The translations under genes and the position numbers were made by a program. From positions 1,415-65,414 of the forward strand of contig URXV01000008.1 in NCBI GenBank assembly GCA_900551865.1: 64,000 nt of DNA, given 5' to 3'. This document shows positions 30,657 through 40,066 of the stretch, in pieces; within the stretch, counting starts at the first letter, position 1; every line of letters begins with the position of its first letter. The notes under the pieces were generated by a model that searched no databases, was not told the DNA's origin, and saw only the letters and a program-made list of their open reading frames with translations. Origin of the DNA: an uncultured Rickettsiales bacterium. GTDB taxonomy: Bacteria; Pseudomonadota; Alphaproteobacteria; RF32; CAG-239.

Positions 30657-31979
30657 TTGAAACCGCTGATAATAATACTAAAAACGCTGATAGTCGGCTA
30701 TTTATGGAGTATCGTCTTCATAGATGGCATCAGGGTGGTTTTGCTTATAAACTGGCATTTTGACATCTTTTTATCCGAACACTGGCGCCTTTTAAGTTAT
30801 AAATGGAACAGCGGAGCGCCTATGACAAATTCAGAACTGGGCTTTTTTATGATTATAGCCAGCTCAATTCCGCTGTGGCTTGCCGGCTGGGTAGGGTTGT
30901 GCCTTGTAAAGTGGGAGCGCCTGCTGAAAAAAGTATTCTTAAGCCCGCTGTATCTTTTCCGTAAAATAACCCTGAAAACCAAACCGCCGGTTGTCGTTAA
31001 GAAAAAATCCATTGCCGAAGAAACGAAAGTCGTTAAAAAGACGCCGATAATCAAAAAAGCCCCGGTCAAACGTCCGCCGTTGCCGTCGGCGACTTTAATG
31101 CAGTCAAATATAAACAGTAATTTGATGGCGTCGCCTGCCGGACGTACTTCTTCCTATACGCCAGGCAAAAAAGAGCCGGAAGCGCCGATTAACCATGCTC
31201 TGTTTAATTTTGACGATGATGATTTTGACTTGGATTTTGATTTTGAAAAGAAAGACAAGAAGCCGGATATCGACGATTCCATCCCGTCTGCGCTTATGGT
31301 TGACGAGCCGAAAACGATTGAAACCGTTCCTGCGGCAGTTATTGAAGAAAAGCCTAAAAACACCCCTGCGCCTTCAAAAAATCAGGAAAAACCTGCGCCG
31401 CAGAATAAAAAAGACAATGCCCAGCCCAGGAACAAATCCGCAGATATGCCTGCCGCTCAGGCAATGCCGATTAAGGAATCCCATACTCCGGTTTTGGATG
31501 TTCTTAATCAAAAGGGGTTTGACGTTATTCCGTCTGCCATTATCAAAAATACAACAATCGATTATATCGGCGTTTCCAAAAATCAGCTCTTTTTATGCCT
31601 GATTGATAAAGAAGCCGGAGACTGGCTGGCGGATGAAGAAAAGTTCAATGATGAAGAGCCGTTATGGTTTTCGGAAAGCAGCCACCGCATTTCTCCGGTA
31701 CGAAAGATTGATGTGGCCAGAGATATTTTAAAAACCAAACTGGCTGTCGGAGATATGAATTTTGAAATCATCGCGTATGTTATCATACAGGCCGGCAATA
31801 TTATTAACGCCGAGGATATGTTTGAAATCTGGAACAACATGAACGTAAATGTAACGCGTATAAACCGGGGGAGCCCGAAAGAAATCCGCCTGTTTTCCAA
31901 ATCATTAGATAATTGTGAGGAAAAAACAGATAAAAACACGCTTGAAAAACTTAAGAAACTTATTCGCAGTCTGGCATAA
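30657..31979 (+). CDS. Hypothetical membrane protein: 2-TM module, K/P-rich and acidic linker, C-terminal alpha/beta domain (possibly NERD/PD-(D/E)xK-like)
   Basis: 440 aa. TTG start with GGAG 6 nt upstream. The N-terminal 2-TM module is paralogous to the previous gene. The linker contains KKKSIAEETKVVKKTPIIKKAPVKRPP and FDDDDFDLDFDFEKKD. It lies immediately upstream of the coupling protein. Confidence 0.6.
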   Translation: MKPLIIILKTLIVGYLWSIVFIDGIRVVLLINWHFDIFLSEHWRLLSYKWNSGAPMTNSELGFFMIIASSIPLWLAGWVGLCLVKWERLLKKVFLSPLYLFRKITLKTKPPVVVKKKSIAEETKVVKKTPIIKKAPVKRPPLPSATLMQSNINSNLMASPAGRTSSYTPGKKEPEAPINHALFNFDDDDFDLDFDFEKKDKKPDIDDSIPSALMVDEPKTIETVPAAVIEEKPKNTPAPSKNQEKPAPQNKKDNAQPRNKSADMPAAQAMPIKESHTPVLDVLNQKGFDVIPSAIIKNTTIDYIGVSKNQLFLCLIDKEAGDWLADEEKFNDEEPLWFSESSHRISPVRKIDVARDILKTKLAVGDMNFEIIAYVIIQAGNIINAEDMFEIWNNMNVNVTRINRGSPKEIRLFSKSLDNCEEKTDKNTLEKLKKLIRSLA

Positions 31980-32003
31980 TTGTTATTATTGAGGTAAGAA
32001 AAA

Positions 32004-34223
32004 ATGGCAAAAGAAAGAGGAAAAGAATGGGAAGAATATGACAACGCCGTCCGGTGGATGACAATAACGTTCGCCATCGCGGTCGTTGTAACGGTTGTTT
32101 TCATGTATATCGCCCCGATTCTGGCATTTTTTATGCAAAACGGTATTTCCAAAAAGAGTGTGGAAATAGCTGGTTTGTTTTTGAAAAAGTCTTTTGCGGA
32201 CTTTGGTTTTTTGTGGGACTGGTATCTGAAATGGTTCAAAAAGGTTTATCGCTACAGCGGCGAGTTTAAAATAAGTTTATGGCCGCCGATTCTGCCGTTT
32301 ATTTCTTTTCCGTTGATTTTAATTGTCGGCGGCATAAAGTGTCCGTATAAATTCCAATCGAATATTCACGGGTCGGCGCACATTGCTACTTTGCGCGATA
32401 TTGAAAAAATGCCGCTGCTCGGATTTGACGGTTTTTGTATGGTGGTCGGTAAGTTTCAGGGTAAAATGCTGAAACTGAAAGAAACGCTGTCAACCCTGTG
32501 TTGTGCGCCTCCGGGAACCGGTAAAACTGCCGGTGTCGTTATTCCGACAATTTTTAATTCCGAGGGGCTTAGCATTATCGTAAACGACCCGAAACCAGAG
32601 TTGTGCTACCAGACGACGGGTGCGAGAAACAAGGTTGGCCCTGTATTTGTCATCAACTGGGGTAAGGAAGACAATCCGGCAACTGGAGAATACTATCCGA
32701 GTTGGAATCCGCTGTCTCCGGGAGCGCTCCCTGCACCGGGGCCGGAACGCGACCTGTATGTCGATTCTATGTGCAACACGCTGGTGGAAGACCCCAAGGG
32801 CGGCGCTGATCCGCACTGGTCAAAAACCGGTCGAAGCGCGCTCTGCGGCTTTATTCACTTCATTTCTTCCAAATGCGAAAGGGCTTTGGCCAATGAACGC
32901 TTTATTCAGAAGATTTATGAAGGCTCAATGACAGCCGAAGACAAAGCCGAGTTGATAAAGCTTTACGATGAAATGAGCATCGGCGGTTTGCGGGCTAATG
33001 CCGCGCGTGCAATTCAGGATTTGCAGAACGGAAATCTGACGATTGAAAATTATCTGCCTGTCGGAACCTGGAACCTGCTGCCGGAAAAATGGATTAACCA
33101 CGAGCCCTGTCTGGCAATGATTCTGGAATGGATTACTTCGTCCCAGATTGAACAGAGCAATGAAATTAAACGCCGTCTGGAAGAAGGCGACCAAATGGCC
33201 GCTATGGCAGACCCGATGCGCGATTTGCTTGACGCCGCGGTGGAAGAGGCCAACAATTATGGATATTCCCGCCGTTGCGTAACTGAATTGAGCGCCTTGA
33301 GCGCGATGCCGGATAAAGAGCGGGGATCCGTCCTTTCCACCGGTCTCACCGGTATCGGTATTTTCAAAAACTCGGCAGTTGTGGCTCGTACCAGCTTTTC
33401 CGATATTCAGTTTAAAGATTTGCGCGGTATGAAAGACCCGGTAACCGGCGAATGGAAACCGATTTCCGTTTACCTCTCGGTTAACCAAACGGACGCTCAG
33501 GCGTTGAACCCGATTAGCGCAACGTTTGTTGACCTGATGAGCGCTTATCTGATTTCAAATCCGCCAAATTCTGTTAACCGTACCGATGGTAAAATGGGGC
33601 CTTTCCCGACTTTGTTTGTGCTTGACGAGTTTCCGCAGATGCCGAAGCTGAAAGCGGTTATTGACGGGCCGGCGGTCGGCCGCGGGCAAAAAGTGTCATA
33701 TCTGTTGATTGGGCAAGATTTGGGTCAGATTTCCGGCAAATACGGCAAGGACGATTTGGAAACGGTTATATCTACGACTGCTTGCAAAGTTATTCTGTCA
33801 CAGAACAACGAACAGACAGCACAGCGTTTTTCCAAAATGATTGGCAATAAAACGGTGCAGACTACGTCCTACAGCCGAAACGAAGGCAGCCTTGCCAAAG
33901 AATATAATCCGTTTGCCAAAAACGTCAGCTATCAGCTGCAGGGTGTTTCAGCCATCAGTGCCAATGACCTGTTAAGCTTGCCGATGCTGAAGCAGGTCGT
34001 GCTGATGCAAGGCTCGATTGATACGCCGATTATGGCAGACGCGCCGCGTTTTTATCTGGACAAGAAAATGCTGGCAATGTCAAAGCTCCCGCATTCCCCA
34101 TGGGTGCCGGACTGGATTGTTGCCCAGCGTACTGATGAAAATGAGGATATCCTATCTAAATTAGGTATAGATTATGACCCGAATGCAGAAGAAGAGGAAG
34201 GTTTTGAAGAAGACGAAGCTTAA
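32004..34223 (+). CDS. Type IV secretion/conjugation coupling protein (VirD4/TraG family ATPase)
   Basis: 739 aa with two N-terminal TMs. HGSAHIATLRDI resembles the T4CP HGSARWA block. Walker A CCAPPGTGKTAGVVIPT, then VNDPKPEL, Walker B TLFVLDEFPQMPKL, and the C-terminal conserved block GRGQKVSYLLIGQDLGQISGKYGKDDLETVISTTACKVILSQNNEQTAQRFSKMIGNKTV. Acidic tail NAEEEEGFEEDEA. Confidence 0.85.
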   Translation: MAKERGKEWEEYDNAVRWMTITFAIAVVVTVVFMYIAPILAFFMQNGISKKSVEIAGLFLKKSFADFGFLWDWYLKWFKKVYRYSGEFKISLWPPILPFISFPLILIVGGIKCPYKFQSNIHGSAHIATLRDIEKMPLLGFDGFCMVVGKFQGKMLKLKETLSTLCCAPPGTGKTAGVVIPTIFNSEGLSIIVNDPKPELCYQTTGARNKVGPVFVINWGKEDNPATGEYYPSWNPLSPGALPAPGPERDLYVDSMCNTLVEDPKGGADPHWSKTGRSALCGFIHFISSKCERALANERFIQKIYEGSMTAEDKAELIKLYDEMSIGGLRANAARAIQDLQNGNLTIENYLPVGTWNLLPEKWINHEPCLAMILEWITSSQIEQSNEIKRRLEEGDQMAAMADPMRDLLDAAVEEANNYGYSRRCVTELSALSAMPDKERGSVLSTGLTGIGIFKNSAVVARTSFSDIQFKDLRGMKDPVTGEWKPISVYLSVNQTDAQALNPISATFVDLMSAYLISNPPNSVNRTDGKMGPFPTLFVLDEFPQMPKLKAVIDGPAVGRGQKVSYLLIGQDLGQISGKYGKDDLETVISTTACKVILSQNNEQTAQRFSKMIGNKTVQTTSYSRNEGSLAKEYNPFAKNVSYQLQGVSAISANDLLSLPMLKQVVLMQGSIDTPIMADAPRFYLDKKMLAMSKLPHSPWVPDWIVAQRTDENEDILSKLGIDYDPNAEEEEGFEEDEA

Positions 34224-34239
34224 ATCTGCCGCTGCGGAA

Positions 34240-34962
34240 ATGAGAAGTTTTTCTCTGTGGTGCGTTTTGAAGAGCAGTATAAAATTTATATTGCTCTTCA
34301 AGCGTACATTTTTATTGTGGTGTTTGGCAAATTTTGCTTTTCTGGTTGTCTTTAGGCAGATTCCAAATGGCTGGACCAATTCGCTGAGCATCCTGTGGCT
34401 TGTTGCCTACTATGTGTTTTGGTGCGTGTTTGTCCGTCATATTCAGCAGCATCCGCCTTATTTTTCCCTGATTCGCATTTTTAACGGTTTGATTCCCGCC
34501 AGCAAAATTATGTTTATTAACATTATAATCTATTTGGTTTTGGTAATTGCTCCATACATTCCGTTATTTATGGGTTTTAGGGAGAAATATCTGGAATTTT
34601 TTGAGCAATATATGGCTGTTCTGCAAAGCCACAATTCCCTGCCGGGGAAAACGCTGTTTTATGTGTTAATGCTGCTGTTGTCTCCGTATACGATAAGCCG
34701 GCCGTATCTTGCCTGGTTGTCATCGCTGATAGGAAAAAGCCGCTCAATCATAGATGCTTACAAAAAGACGCAAGGCAACTACTGGAATTTTGTCTTTTGC
34801 GCGGTTGTTATGAGCGGGCTGTTTGCTCTGTCATATTTTATTGACGTTACTTATAAAACAAGCTCTCTGATTTTTGTAATGTCAGTCCTGCCGATATTTT
34901 TCAATGTCGTCTTTATTGATATTTACAAAGTATTTTACAAGCGTAGAAAAAATATCAAATAA
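34240..34962 (+). CDS. Hypothetical polytopic membrane protein (last gene of the operon)
   Basis: About 6 predicted TMs (for example LSILWLVAYYVFWCVFV, IMFINIIIYLVLVIAPYIPLF, FVFCAVVMSGLFALSYFI). The track ORF starts at 34174, overlapping the T4CP by 50 nt. ATG 34240 is 16 nt after the T4CP stop. The start is unresolved. Confidence 0.55.
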   Translation: MRSFSLWCVLKSSIKFILLFKRTFLLWCLANFAFLVVFRQIPNGWTNSLSILWLVAYYVFWCVFVRHIQQHPPYFSLIRIFNGLIPASKIMFINIIIYLVLVIAPYIPLFMGFREKYLEFFEQYMAVLQSHNSLPGKTLFYVLMLLLSPYTISRPYLAWLSSLIGKSRSIIDAYKKTQGNYWNFVFCAVVMSGLFALSYFIDVTYKTSSLIFVMSVLPIFFNVVFIDIYKVFYKRRKNIK

Positions 34963-35032
34963 CTCTTTTTATCCGAAACTGCTCGCTTTTAGCCAGGCAG
35001 TGAATTTCGCCGTTAAATTTTATCCGGTTTAG

Positions 35033-37123
<2,091 letters not shown>

Positions 37124-37304
37124 TCAGTTCACTATACAAAATCATTGACAAACTGTCATATGTGAAATAAATTATCCGCAACTTTTTGAGGAAATATAAT
37201 GTCTGCAAATATAAATACAAAGCTGTTGAAGATAAAACGCCGGAAAAATAATATTCCGCCGTTGGTTTTGTGTTGTTAATTTGATATGACAATATAAATG
37301 GAAA

Positions 37305-38204
37305 ATGAGCGGGATTATGTCCCGCTTTTTTTATGAAGTGAGAAAAATGGCAACAGAAATTAAAGTTTATCGGATAAACGAAACGGAAATTTGGCAGGGA
37401 AAACTGCATAAAGTGAACGGAGAAAACGTTGAAAAAGCCGTGCGCTTTATCCTGCGGCCTCTGAATCCTGCAGATGCCGAAGCAATGGGAAAGCTTTCGG
37501 AAAGCATTTATCGGCATCTGCGTAAAGGTGAGGAATGTTTTATTCACAAACATTCGGGAGAGTACTTTTATAACGTATTTGATAACCCTCATCTTCGTTA
37601 CACGGGAATTTTTGTCGGAGATACGCTGATAGGTATGTCATATTTGAAAATATGTGAAAATTTTCAGGAATTGCAGGAAGAATTGCCGAATGCCGAATAT
37701 GATTTTTTTCAGGCGGAACGTAATGGAGGAAAAAACCGGATAGCTTCTTTCGGGGCAGATTCTGTTTTGCCTGAATATCGCGGCAATGCCTTAAATTCCG
37801 TTATGGTGAACTATCGTCTCAAATTGGCTGAACAAATGGGATGTACAGACTGTACCTCTATTGTCGACAGGAAAAACAAATGGAATATGGCACCATATTT
37901 TTCTGGGCGGTTTAATCTTTTTGCGACGGCAGTAGATCCATCCGATGGAGGGAAAATATCTTTGTTGCACCGCCCCCTCGGGAAAGAAACGGTTCTTTCC
38001 TGTTTTAAGCCGAGAATTATGCTCCCTTTTGACCGCTTTGAACTGATTGACGGGTTAATCGGCCGGGGGTTCATCGGCATAGATTTTAATCGGGAAACAG
38101 GCGGGGTTTTGTTTGCCCATTCCTCATATTATACAAACAAGGGGCGCACGATAGACGGTATTCAGCTGTTACAGCAAAGAAAAATGGCCGGAATGTCTTT
38201 ATAG
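37305..38204 (+). CDS. Hypothetical protein with GNAT-like acetyltransferase core (tentative)
   Basis: FGADSVLPEYRGNALNSVMVNYRLKLAEQMG resembles GNAT motif A (R/Q-x-x-G-x-G/A). The start is uncertain, with an alternative ATG at 37347. Confidence 0.45.
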   Translation: MSGIMSRFFYEVRKMATEIKVYRINETEIWQGKLHKVNGENVEKAVRFILRPLNPADAEAMGKLSESIYRHLRKGEECFIHKHSGEYFYNVFDNPHLRYTGIFVGDTLIGMSYLKICENFQELQEELPNAEYDFFQAERNGGKNRIASFGADSVLPEYRGNALNSVMVNYRLKLAEQMGCTDCTSIVDRKNKWNMAPYFSGRFNLFATAVDPSDGGKISLLHRPLGKETVLSCFKPRIMLPFDRFELIDGLIGRGFIGIDFNRETGGVLFAHSSYYTNKGRTIDGIQLLQQRKMAGMSL

Positions 38205-38304
38205 CAGAAAGTTTTTTAGCGATTCCCGAAAAGATTTTTCTTGCGAACTGGAATAAGTTACATTATCATATTATATGTAACATCAATTTTAATTGGAGGC
38301 AACC

Positions 38305-38844
38305 ATAGCTACAGAAAACACGAATGCGCCAGTACGTGAGAATGACGGGCCGCGCATTAACAGAGAAATTAAAGCCAAAGAAGTTCGTTTAATTAATTAT
38401 AACGGGGAAAACGCAGGTGTAGTTTCCTTGGCGGAAGCTTTAAAAATAGCTCAGGAGGTAGGGCTTGATTTGATTGAGATTTCGCCTCAGGTAACCCCGC
38501 CGGTCTGCAAGGTTCTTGACTATGGCAAATATAAATATGAAATGCAGAAGAAGAAGAACGAAGCCAAAAAGAACCAAAAGGTCGTGAGCATAAAAGAGTT
38601 GAAATTACGCCCGATGATTGATACGCATGATTATGAAGTCAAGGTTAAACAGGCAAAAAAATTTTTAGCCCAAGGTGACAAAGTTAAATTTACCATGCGT
38701 TATAAAGGGCGCGAAATGAGCGCAAATGATTTGGGAAAAGAAATTTTAAATAAGCTTTTGGAAGATTTGGACGGATTGTGCAAAGTCGATTCTGCTCCTA
38801 AGATGGAAGGCAAGCAGATGTTTATGATTGTATCTCCGGCCTGA
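38305..38844 (+). CDS. infC: Translation initiation factor IF-3
   Basis: INREIKAKEVRLINYNGENAGVVSLAEALKIAQEVGLDLIEISPQVTPPVCKVLDYGKYKYE is typical IF-3. The C-domain motif KELKLRP...D...K is also present. I propose an ATA start at 38305, 5 nt after GGAGG (38295-38299). The track used a TTG at 38293 that overlaps the SD. Confidence 0.9.
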   Translation: MATENTNAPVRENDGPRINREIKAKEVRLINYNGENAGVVSLAEALKIAQEVGLDLIEISPQVTPPVCKVLDYGKYKYEMQKKKNEAKKNQKVVSIKELKLRPMIDTHDYEVKVKQAKKFLAQGDKVKFTMRYKGREMSANDLGKEILNKLLEDLDGLCKVDSAPKMEGKQMFMIVSPA

Positions 38845-38861
38845 TGGCTACCCGCAGGATT

Positions 38862-38899
38862 AAAAGAAGCACCGCTAAAGAACGGTGCTTCTTTTGTAT
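38862..38899 (+). terminator. Rho-independent terminator after infC
   Basis: 13-bp stem aaaagaagcaccg / cggtgcttctttt with an 8-nt loop, ending in a T tract. Confidence 0.7.
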
Positions 38900-39290
38900 T
38901 ATCTTTTGATTTGTCAAAATGTTTATGAAAAGACTCAAATAAATATTATAATATCTTCCGCATTAATGGACGAAGCCAAATCGTTAGTCCCTCAATTGAT
39001 TAATTGCGGTTTGTTAAAAAGTTTCAATTATTTTTTATAGCAGGCTGCCAAAGGTTAATAAATAAAGTCAACGCATAATATTAACTGTTTTTTATAGAAT
39101 TTGATATAGACTACACACAATATACGGAAAATAGTTTCGTATAGAGTGCCTGAAATACAGGTGCGGAGCCTTGAACAGCTCTTTCTAACAGCCAGTGTTG
39201 ATATAGCACTGCAAACAACTATATCCCCGACTACGGTCGGGGAGCTTTAGGTGTATGTACAAGAGCTATGCTCTAAAGACCTAAAGGATT

Positions 39291-40034
39291 ATGCTGTTAG
39301 TAATTGTTCAACTCCCTGACCGCCTGTTTTTTAGGGTGGTTTTTTTTGAAGAATTAAACGGGAGCAAAATTTTATCACAAAAAATAGATGAGGCAGGGCG
39401 TTCTATGATAGAAATGCTGGGAGTCCTCGCCATTGTCGGTGTTTTATCTGTCGGTGGAATTGCCGGTTACTCAAAAGCGATGGCCAAAAACAAGAATATC
39501 AAGTTGATTGATCAGATTAATACTCTAAGCATGAATATAAGAACTTTGTTTTCCCCTCAAAGAAATTATAAAGGGTTGGATATTGAAACTATTGTAAATC
39601 TGGGAGGGGCGGCAAATATGCAAAATGCATCGGCAAATGGCAGCTCTATGACGCTGATTCATGCCTGGGGAGGAAAAATTGCTGTTGAAACGGTAACTCA
39701 AAAGAAAGCAGGCGATGACCAGGCTTTTTTAATTTTTGCCGACAATATTCCTCAGGAGACCTGCATGGCGATTATTACTTCAAATTGGGGAGAAGGGGGA
39801 GGGCAAACAGACTTAGTTGCGATGATGGTCATTAATAATAAACGCGATACGGCTATAGTGTATGAAAAATTGAATATCCCAAACATCGAAATTTCCGGTA
39901 ACAAATCCAATGGCCGTTGGGGAATTTTTTCGCAAAACAGTTCAAAAAAATGGCGTCTGCCAGCCGCCATGGAAACAGCATACGAAGTATGTAATTATGA
40001 TGATATGGCACTCATTGCATGGAAATATAATTAA
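39291..40034 (+). CDS. Type IV pilin / pseudopilin-like protein (start codon uncertain)
   Basis: Class III signal-like motif EAG|RSMIEMLGVLAIVGVLSVGGIAGY: Gly, then Glu at +5, then a ~20-residue hydrophobic helix. The globular C-terminal part has two Cys. The first ~30 codons of the track ORF overlap a terminator-like hairpin and are probably not coding. Confidence 0.55.
   Translation: MLLVIVQLPDRLFFRVVFFEELNGSKILSQKIDEAGRSMIEMLGVLAIVGVLSVGGIAGYSKAMAKNKNIKLIDQINTLSMNIRTLFSPQRNYKGLDIETIVNLGGAANMQNASANGSSMTLIHAWGGKIAVETVTQKKAGDDQAFLIFADNIPQETCMAIITSNWGEGGGQTDLVAMMVINNKRDTAIVYEKLNIPNIEISGNKSNGRWGIFSQNSSKKWRLPAAMETAYEVCNYDDMALIAWKYN
39318..39348 (+). terminator. Terminator- or attenuator-like hairpin plus T8 tract inside the 5' end of the track ORF 39291-40034
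   Basis: accgcc (39318-39323) pairs with ggtggt (39334-39339), including one G-U pair, and is followed by about 8 T. The stem is weak. Confidence 0.35.
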
Positions 40035-40066
40035 AAAAGCTTGATTGGGATTTTTACCATACAAAA

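Noticed and set aside
31583-33488. Antisense ORFs of 218 aa (31583-32239), 108 aa and 187 aa across the 440-aa gene / T4CP region
   Set aside because: They lie opposite genes with clear motifs (Walker A/B of the T4CP). They have no SD, no motifs, and a biased Arg/Ser/Phe-rich composition typical of shadow ORFs.
30657-34223. Idea that the 440-aa protein and the T4CP are DotM(IcmP)/DotL(IcmO) homologs of a type IVB system
   Set aside because: Only the gene order (a membrane protein directly upstream of the T4CP) and the 2-TM topology resemble dotM-dotL. I cannot see sequence similarity by eye. The C-terminal domain looks alpha/beta rather than all-helical. No other dot/icm genes are present. 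It remains an untested possibility, not a call.
39205-39275. Possible tmRNA tag-coding region (GCA AAC AAC ... TAA, starting A-N-N)
   Set aside because: The reading frame would encode ANNYIPDYGRGALGVCTRAML, which lacks the Ala-Ala type C-terminal degradation tag. No tRNA-like acceptor/T-arm sequences flank it.
39100-39350. c-di-GMP or other known riboswitch upstream of the pilin-like gene
   Set aside because: I could not match the conserved GEMM-I core, or any other riboswitch core I remember, by eye. It is reported only as an unclassified structured region.
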